Virus record (IMG/VR): IMGVR_UViG_3300010346_001007
Coordinates: 32,001-96,000 of that record
From: a virus
Lineage: Duplodnaviria; Caudoviricetes
Strand: one strand, 5' to 3'
DNA length: 64,000 bases
Under the pieces are notes generated by a model that was given only the letters and a program-made list of their open reading frames with translations, was not told the origin of the DNA and did no database searches. Position numbers and translations under genes: made by a program. Below are positions 57,452 through 64,000 of this stretch, in pieces; the stretch's first letter is position 1; each line of letters opens with the position of its first letter.

Positions 57452-58571
57452 TAGCTATACTATGGATGGAAATTTAGATCTGGCTAACCTTGAACAAATT
57501 ATGGGGATGTATAATCAAGTAGATCCTACTTATTTAAGTTTATTGCAATTGGTCGTACAAACCGGAAAATATAAAGAAAATAGAACGGGAGTTAGAACCC
57601 TGGGAGTATTTGGTAGTCAGTCTAAATACAGAATTAATTTAAATGCATTTCCTATACTTACTACAAAGAAGATATTTTTTAAGGGAATAGTCCATGAATT
57701 ATTGTGGTTTCTTAAAGGCGATACTAACATTAGATATTTAGTTATAAATGGAGTTAATATTTGGAATGAATGGGCTTATGAAACATATAAAAAACAATTA
57801 AAAAATTTATGTGTTAGTGAAGAAGATACCGTGTATTCGATGAAAGATTTTATATTGCGGATACGGGATGATGAAGAATTTGCGAAAAAATATGGCGATT
57901 TAGGAATGGGCACTTATGGTAGTGTATGGAGAAGATTTCCATATTATGTTGAAGATGAGGAAGGGTCCATTAAAATAAATGCGGTGGATCAGATTTCTAA
58001 AGTTATAGATAAATTAAAAACTAATCCTAATGATCGTCGAATGATAGTATCTGCTTGGCATCCATATTGGGTGGACCATTGTGCTTTGCCTCCATGTCAT
58101 TGTTTATTTCATTTTAATGTTGAAGAATTGACTCTCATCGAACGAAGGTTGGAATTTCAACGACGGCATTATGTATTTACTCCCCAACAAATTAGAGATG
58201 AAGGATTGATAAAAAAACTTCTTGAATCGAAAAATATTCCTACACATCGGTTGAATTGTTTACTTTATCAGAGAAGTTGTGATTTGTTTCTTGGTGTGCC
58301 TTTTAATATAACTTCTTATAGTTTATTAACTGCAATGATGGCCCAATGTGTTAATATGTTGCCGGGTACATTTATTCATACTTATGGAGATTTACACATA
58401 TATGAAAATCATTTGCCACAAGTAAAAGAACAACTCTTTCGTTCATATAAACATTTGCCTCAGTTAGAGTTAAATCCGGACATTAAAGATTTGTTCAAAT
58501 TCCAATACGAGGACATTAAATTAAAAAATTACGACTCTCATCCAGCAATTAAGGCCGAAATTGCCGTTTGA
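57441..58571 (+). CDS. thyA: thymidylate synthase ThyA
   Basis: NRTG, ELLWFLKG, RRMIVSAW, LPPCH, YQRSCD..LGVPFN, HIYENH. Confidence 0.96.
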   Translation: MKNNSYTMDGNLDLANLEQIMGMYNQVDPTYLSLLQLVVQTGKYKENRTGVRTLGVFGSQSKYRINLNAFPILTTKKIFFKGIVHELLWFLKGDTNIRYLVINGVNIWNEWAYETYKKQLKNLCVSEEDTVYSMKDFILRIRDDEEFAKKYGDLGMGTYGSVWRRFPYYVEDEEGSIKINAVDQISKVIDKLKTNPNDRRMIVSAWHPYWVDHCALPPCHCLFHFNVEELTLIERRLEFQRRHYVFTPQQIRDEGLIKKLLESKNIPTHRLNCLLYQRSCDLFLGVPFNITSYSLLTAMMAQCVNMLPGTFIHTYGDLHIYENHLPQVKEQLFRSYKHLPQLELNPDIKDLFKFQYEDIKLKNYDSHPAIKAEIAV

Positions 58572-58590
58572 ATCGGTCAGAAAATAGTAG

Positions 58591-58618
58591 TTGACAATCA
58601 AGCCAAAATCAGTATAAT
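58591..58618 (+). promoter_or_regulatory. sigma70-type promoter
   Basis: TTGACA-N16-TATAAT, 11 nt before ATG 58630. Confidence 0.7.
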
Positions 58619-58629
58619 GCTTCTCAACC

Positions 58630-59112
58630 ATGAATTTCGATCATTGTAATAAAACATACGAGTATATAAAGACCAAATTATTTCCGCATGTTACAATACG
58701 TGCGAACTTTATAAAGTTTGAAGATTATTTAACCGCTTTTTCGGAACTTCCTTCGGGGAAATGGTTGCGAAATGAAAAATCGGTAATTTTGATGCGCACT
58801 CATTTTTTAATGAATACGGAAGAATTTGCAAAAGATTATGCTAAATATTGTGTAAGTTTTTATTTTATTGGCGACGACCCCACTAAAATAACATATCGTA
58901 TAATTTATCAAGTTTCTCCCGAATTACATTTAGAAGTGTTTGTATTTACTTGGATGGAGAAAGAAACAGTATTCTCTTTTGCGATTGCCAATGTTGTTAT
59001 GAAATACAGTAATAAATTTATCGATTTTTTGAAAACATTGGAAAAATACAAGCTTACAGGAAATACTTCCGATGCATCTCCACTTCCCGGATTTTTACAA
59101 CAACCGAAATGA
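58630..59112 (+). CDS. hypothetical protein
   Basis: 160-aa ORF. Confidence 0.6.
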   Translation: MNFDHCNKTYEYIKTKLFPHVTIRANFIKFEDYLTAFSELPSGKWLRNEKSVILMRTHFLMNTEEFAKDYAKYCVSFYFIGDDPTKITYRIIYQVSPELHLEVFVFTWMEKETVFSFAIANVVMKYSNKFIDFLKTLEKYKLTGNTSDASPLPGFLQQPK

Positions 59113-59119
59113 AATATAT

Positions 59120-60334
59120 ATGATTAATCCTTTTAAATTTGAATTGCCAACATTATATGCCCGGTCTAAAACGGGTGCGGTTTTGACATGGGATATTGAG
59201 GTTGAAGATAATATGTATCGTACAATTACAGGTCAGTTGGATGGTACTAAAGTAATATCTAGCTGGACAGCATGTAAAGGCAAAAATATTGGCCGGAAAA
59301 ATGAAACCACCGATCAACAACAAGCCGAGGCGGAAGCCGTATCAAAATGGAAGAAAAAACTAAAGTCGGAGGGGTATTTTGAGAATATTAAAGATATAGA
59401 TAAGCCTATGGCTTTTGTCGAACCTATGCTGGCATACCCATTAATTTCTCGAAAAACGAAAAAGGTGGATGGGAAACCTGTGACAGTAATTGATGACCGT
59501 ACCAAATATGTCAAATTGCCTGTAATGGTGGACCGAAAATATAATGGAATGCGACAAGTTACTACAGCCAACGGGCCGTTTACACGCAAGGGAGAGCCAA
59601 TTAAATCTGCCCCCCATATTTTTGAATCGCTAGAAAAATTGTTTGAAGCATTTCCTTCTTTGGTATTGGATGGGGAATTGTATAATCATGATTTTAGGCA
59701 TCGTTTGAATGAACTTATTGAAATTGTAAGAACAAATGCCGACCGAAATATTACTCCTGCATTACTGGAAGACAGTAAAAACAAAGTCCGTTATTATGTT
59801 TATGATGGATATGGATTTAATATTGACGGTGAAAATATTACGGAGAGTACTCCTTGCCGACAACGGAGAGATGCTCTTAAAAAATTGCTTAAAGGAATTT
59901 CTTATGTAGAAGTGGTGCCATATTATATGGCTTCTACAATGGAAGAGGCACATAAACTGTATGGCGAATTTGTCGAGGATGGATATGAAGGAGCCATCTT
60001 GAGAAATTGGGATGCAGCATATCAACATAAGCGCACAACTGATTTAATTAAACTTAAACCATTCGAAGATATGGAAGTTGTCATTCTTGATGTTATCGAC
60101 CCTGTTTCTGGAAATTGGGGAGGAACGGGAAAGACGGCATTAGTTCGGATGACCGATGGAAAAGAATTCACGGCTACATTCAAAGGTAGTCGTGAAACAT
60201 TGGTTCAAGTCCTAAAAGAAAAGAATAAATGGATTGGTCAGAAAGTTACCATGACCTATAATGGATTTACAGGAAAAGGTACTCCGAATTATGGCCAAAT
60301 TAATCCATATAATTGTAAAGTGGGGGATCGATAA
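59120..60334 (+). CDS. lig: ATP-dependent DNA ligase with N-terminal WGR-like DNA-binding domain
   Basis: PMLA, KYNGMR (motif I), LDGELY, YVYD, EGAILR, KRT..KLKP; N-terminal GKNIGRKNETT. Confidence 0.88.
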   Translation: MINPFKFELPTLYARSKTGAVLTWDIEVEDNMYRTITGQLDGTKVISSWTACKGKNIGRKNETTDQQQAEAEAVSKWKKKLKSEGYFENIKDIDKPMAFVEPMLAYPLISRKTKKVDGKPVTVIDDRTKYVKLPVMVDRKYNGMRQVTTANGPFTRKGEPIKSAPHIFESLEKLFEAFPSLVLDGELYNHDFRHRLNELIEIVRTNADRNITPALLEDSKNKVRYYVYDGYGFNIDGENITESTPCRQRRDALKKLLKGISYVEVVPYYMASTMEEAHKLYGEFVEDGYEGAILRNWDAAYQHKRTTDLIKLKPFEDMEVVILDVIDPVSGNWGGTGKTALVRMTDGKEFTATFKGSRETLVQVLKEKNKWIGQKVTMTYNGFTGKGTPNYGQINPYNCKVGDR

Positions 60335-60352
60335 TTAAATAATTTTATATAT

Positions 60353-60844
60353 ATGGCAATATCAAAAAAATTTGTAAAAAAGAAAAGTGTGTATAAAACA
60401 CGAAGATACTGGTATCATCTTTCTACAACATTAGTATATGGAGAATTATTGTTATTAAAACCGTGGAATAATGAAAAAGGATTTAATAGAGATCATTCCG
60501 AACCCAATATAGAAAGAATTTGTGTGGCCCCGAGTATAGCGCAATGTCTTACGGCATTGCCTTATTCAATAGGAGATAAATTTACAATTTATCGCACCAA
60601 GAGTAAAGTAAAAGCCGAAAAGCCAACAGGAGTTTTTGATGCCACTGTGACAAATGAAGGATGGATTACTAAACCAACAGTTTTTATAAAAATAGGAACA
60701 TTGTTATTGCGAGACTTGGGTGATTGGAATGATATACCAGATGAACGAGCTTCAATGGGAAAGATACATGAATCCAGATATAATTTAAATCGATGGAAAA
60801 AAATGAATCTGTGGAAATATGTTAAGCGGGTAAAAACCGCTTGA
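60353..60844 (+). CDS. hypothetical protein, possible ADP-ribosyltransferase-like fold
   Basis: YHLS, RICVAPSI..CL, D...T.E.W pattern. Confidence 0.4.
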   Translation: MAISKKFVKKKSVYKTRRYWYHLSTTLVYGELLLLKPWNNEKGFNRDHSEPNIERICVAPSIAQCLTALPYSIGDKFTIYRTKSKVKAEKPTGVFDATVTNEGWITKPTVFIKIGTLLLRDLGDWNDIPDERASMGKIHESRYNLNRWKKMNLWKYVKRVKTA

Positions 60845-60874
60845 TTTTTTTCTGAGAAATGGTATAATAGTAGC

Positions 60875-61444
60875 ATGAAAAAATATTTGCATTTAGATTG
60901 TGAAATGGGCGGGTTGGACTTACAACATTCGTTGTTGACGGCCTATTTTTTAGTTACTGATACAGATTTTAATAAAATAGATGAATTGTATCTTCGGCTT
61001 TGTCCTAACGATGGAAATTATTTTATCAGTTCCCTTGCAATGGAAAAGAATAAAATTGACATTATAGAACATGATAAAATTGCCACACCATATAAAAAAG
61101 CCGGAACGATATTATATGAATTTTTGCAAAAAAATGGATTAAAAGAAAAACCTATTCCAGTTGGACAAGGAATTCGTGGCGATTTAAGATTCATTTGGAA
61201 TTATCTAGTTTCCCGTTTCACATGGGAAACGTTTGTATCATATCGATACGTTGACGTCCGGAGTTTATGTATATTTTTACAAGCTTGCGGAAAAATTTCT
61301 CCCGAGGTTACAGGCGGACTTAAATCTATGGTTGAATATTTTGGCATAGAACCCGATATTCCCGAATTGGATTGGCACGATGCAAAATATGATACATATA
61401 TGGCGATGCGTGTATATCAAAAAATGCTGGAACTTGTAAAATGA
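60875..61444 (+). CDS. DEDDh 3'-5' exonuclease
   Basis: LDCEMGG, GDL.F, HDAKYD. Confidence 0.8.
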   Translation: MKKYLHLDCEMGGLDLQHSLLTAYFLVTDTDFNKIDELYLRLCPNDGNYFISSLAMEKNKIDIIEHDKIATPYKKAGTILYEFLQKNGLKEKPIPVGQGIRGDLRFIWNYLVSRFTWETFVSYRYVDVRSLCIFLQACGKISPEVTGGLKSMVEYFGIEPDIPELDWHDAKYDTYMAMRVYQKMLELVK

Positions 61445-62091
61445 TGCTTAAACTAAAAGATACACCCGAGAGAAAAATCTATTTTACTTCCGACTTACAT
61501 TTGGGACACAAAAAAGATTTTGTGTGGAAAACTCGTGGGTATGAGAGTGTCGAGGCACATGATACAGGAATTATTGATACAATTAATAGTATAGTGCGTC
61601 CATCAGATGTATTATTGTTTCTTGGAGATTTTTGTCTAAATACTCCAATTAAACAATTTGAAGAATATCTGACTAGAGTTCAATGTCAAAATATTTGGGC
61701 ATTGTGGGGGAACCATAACAATCCCCACGAAAAACAAGTTTATAGAGAAATGCAATTTGAGGGGACAGAAACCTATCCCTCCAGTTATTTAAATATGGTT
61801 TTTATGGGTTATTATTTGGAAGCAACCCTAAATGGACATTATGCCGTTTTGTGCCATTTTCCTATTTATATCTGGAATCATATGTTCCATGGCGCTTGGA
61901 TGCTATGTGGCCATTCGCACGGCGGATGTCCCCTCACTATTAAAGATAATATTGAAGGTAAGATGTTGGATGTCGGTTGGGATGAACACAAGAAACCTTT
62001 ATCTATAGATGAAATTTCAGAAATTATGAATAAAAAACAAATAGTGTATCGAGACGGAACCATATTATTAAGGGAAGAACAAGGCAAATAA
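61441..62091 (+). CDS. calcineurin-like metallophosphoesterase
   Basis: SDLHLGH, LGDF, GNHN, CHFP, GHSH, DVGWD. Confidence 0.85.
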   Translation: MMLKLKDTPERKIYFTSDLHLGHKKDFVWKTRGYESVEAHDTGIIDTINSIVRPSDVLLFLGDFCLNTPIKQFEEYLTRVQCQNIWALWGNHNNPHEKQVYREMQFEGTETYPSSYLNMVFMGYYLEATLNGHYAVLCHFPIYIWNHMFHGAWMLCGHSHGGCPLTIKDNIEGKMLDVGWDEHKKPLSIDEISEIMNKKQIVYRDGTILLREEQGK

Positions 62092-62103
62092 AAATATAAA
62101 AAG

Positions 62104-62132
62104 TTGACTTGAATATCCCACTGTGATATTAT
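62104..62132 (+). promoter_or_regulatory. sigma70-type promoter
   Basis: TTGACT-N17-TATTAT with TG extension. Confidence 0.55.
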
Positions 62133-62169
62133 TACGATATTACAGTGGGAATTTTGATTTATAAAATAT

Positions 62170-62442
62170 ATGGATTATACACCTAAACCAGTACGACGCC
62201 CGGCACCCCCGCCGCCAACATACGAACTAAAAAAGGACGTAACGGGGACCCCTCCCCAGCGGGGTCCTCATTTCTTGACTATTACGAGGTATGATGAGGA
62301 AGGAAAGAAAACAATGGCAAAATTAAAGGTGTCTCGTAAACCAAAAGCCAATTGTAAAAAGTGCTATGGTCAAGGATATGTTGGATTTATAGATGGGCAA
62401 GTTGTTCTGTGTCCTAAATGTTATTTTACACCGAAAAATTAG
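62170..62442 (+). CDS. small Zn-finger hypothetical protein
   Basis: CKKCYGQG..CPKC. Confidence 0.6.
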   Translation: MDYTPKPVRRPAPPPPTYELKKDVTGTPPQRGPHFLTITRYDEEGKKTMAKLKVSRKPKANCKKCYGQGYVGFIDGQVVLCPKCYFTPKN

Positions 62443-62443
62443 T

Positions 62444-62977
62444 ATGAATAAGATATACGAAAAACATTTAATAAAGAAATATCCCAAGATGTTTCGAAAT
62501 ATGTATGCCTCAAATTCTCGCATGATATATGGGTGCGAAATTGAAGATGGATGGTTTAATATATTATATGCTTTGTGTGAAAGTATTCAATCATATTTAG
62601 GCCAAATACAAAATTCTATAAAACATAAAATTATAGATCCGAAAACAAAAGTGCCCGAGTTTGCGTTTTTACAAATTAAAGAAAAGTTGGGAGAATTGCG
62701 AATTTATTTTTCGGATGGGGACGAATATATTCGTGGAAAAGTTTCAATGGCGGCTGCAATGTCTCGATATGTTTGCGAATATTGTGGCGTTTCAACATTA
62801 GAAGTTGCTCAATCTAAAGATTGGATTAAAACTCTTTGTCCTCGATGTGCTAAGAAAAATAAGAAAGAAATTGTTGTAAACAAAGAGTTGAGTAATTTAA
62901 AGAAAAAGGTAGAAAAGTATGACAGTAAAATAAAATCTAAATCACGTTCAAAAAAAAAAATAAAATTAAAATTTTGA
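62444..62977 (+). CDS. conserved phage hypothetical protein with Zn ribbon
   Basis: GW..I, QIKEKLGELRIY, CEYCG..WIKTLC. Confidence 0.65.
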   Translation: MNKIYEKHLIKKYPKMFRNMYASNSRMIYGCEIEDGWFNILYALCESIQSYLGQIQNSIKHKIIDPKTKVPEFAFLQIKEKLGELRIYFSDGDEYIRGKVSMAAAMSRYVCEYCGVSTLEVAQSKDWIKTLCPRCAKKNKKEIVVNKELSNLKKKVEKYDSKIKSKSRSKKKIKLKF

Positions 62978-63003
62978 ATATCGAGGGTCATATTTAAATA
63001 TGA

Positions 63004-63438
63004 ATGATTGGAAAATTAAAACCATTTAGCAAGTCGCTTCATAGGAGTAATGATCCTAAGAGCCGAAAAGTTGTTAAAGAATATCTGAAACAACGAGGCA
63101 TTGAAGTAGAAGATAACAAAGACAAATACGGAGTAGATTTAGTTGCTACAGATGGTTCTATGAAAATCGAAGTAGAACATCGTTCCGTATGGGATACAAA
63201 AATATTCCCCTTTGATACTGTAAATATTCCTGAACGAAAGGGAAAATTTTTCAAGGAAAAGAGTGTATCCTATGCTATCTTATCAAAAGACTATTCTCGT
63301 ATCGGTATGATTAAAGGAGAGGAATTAAAAAAACATCTGATAAGAGAAAACCTTTATATGAATCCCAATAAATATGTCAAAAAAGGCGAGTATTTTTATG
63401 CTGTGCCGTTGGAGGCATTTCAATGGGATAGTGTATAA
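63004..63438 (+). CDS. PD-(D/E)XK nuclease-like protein
   Basis: YGVDL..IEVEH. Confidence 0.5.
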   Translation: MIGKLKPFSKSLHRSNDPKSRKVVKEYLKQRGIEVEDNKDKYGVDLVATDGSMKIEVEHRSVWDTKIFPFDTVNIPERKGKFFKEKSVSYAILSKDYSRIGMIKGEELKKHLIRENLYMNPNKYVKKGEYFYAVPLEAFQWDSV

Positions 63439-63462
63439 TAAACAATACAATTAATAAGTTAT

Positions 63463-64000
63463 ATGAAACGTGCGCTGTTAAAACTAATTGGACATAGATA
63501 TGATGAACGGTTTAAGTGGGGAGAATTTTATTGGCATCCCCGACCTTCGGAATGGAAATTATCTTTAAGGTTAACATCTCGATATAGTGAATTAGATGAT
63601 ATGCTAATTTTAAGTCCATTTATTTTTACAGCGTACGTTTTTTTACCAAGTAAAATATGTTGTAAAAAACCGAATAAAGGGGATTGGCATGGGAAGGCGT
63701 ATGGATTTTATGTTTATACATCAATAAGAAATTTTTTCGCCTTAGTTCTTCTATGGGGCGATAAAATAAAACATATTGAAATGCCGTGGACATATGATTG
63801 GTATTCAAAGGAAATTTTAGATGATCAACATAATGTTGTTTATTATGAAGATCGAAAAATGAGAAGAAATAATGCCCGTGAACTATGGAAAAAATATGAA
63901 GAAATTGCAAATAAGTATAAAAAGATATATGATTATACTTATGTAAAGAAAAATGGAGAAGTGCAACGTCGAGAGGCTGAGGTTTTTATTGAACGTATGA
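63463..64000 (+). CDS. hypothetical protein, truncated by the window end
   Basis: Open frame from ATG 63463 (MKRALLKLIGHRY...) to the end of the window. Confidence 0.55.
   Translation, partial: MKRALLKLIGHRYDERFKWGEFYWHPRPSEWKLSLRLTSRYSELDDMLILSPFIFTAYVFLPSKICCKKPNKGDWHGKAYGFYVYTSIRNFFALVLLWGDKIKHIEMPWTYDWYSKEILDDQHNVVYYEDRKMRRNNARELWKKYEEIANKYKKIYDYTYVKKNGEVQRREAEVFIERM

Noticed and set aside
1-64000. Stop-codon reassignment, as in some large phages
   Set aside because: Conserved genes are full length in the standard code, and TAA, TAG and TGA all occur as true stops

Overview
This window is a gene-dense, AT-rich segment of a large tailed dsDNA bacteriophage. It reads cleanly in the standard genetic code and has no rRNA, CRISPR array or integrase. 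Replication genes: a family B DNA polymerase split into two ORFs around a free-standing HNH-type endonuclease, a sliding clamp, a clamp loader, an intein-containing SF2 helicase, an ATP-dependent DNA ligase and a Cas4-like nuclease. Nucleotide metabolism: dUTPase, dCMP deaminase, DHFR and ThyA. There is also a large glycan-biosynthesis complement (about 10 glycosyltransferase-like genes, 4 SAM methyltransferases, a radical SAM enzyme and Gmd), an RNA-repair operon, a WGR-PARP, two DNA methyltransferases, tRNA-Arg(UCU) and several probable virion proteins. The most notable unexplained signals are: (1) a ~220-nt end-paired structured RNA directly downstream of a DIP1984-like coiled-coil gene; (2) two tandem stem elements sharing TACAGCAA in the leader of a TROVE/Ro60-like vWA gene, which may be Y-RNA-like; (3) a CCC-TGA +1 frameshift site that would extend a PKD protein; (4) the polB split, which has no intron or intein and has a duplicated junction module; (5) a TATTTAT(A) motif upstream of probable late genes. 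All family assignments come from motif recognition by eye; no searches were run.
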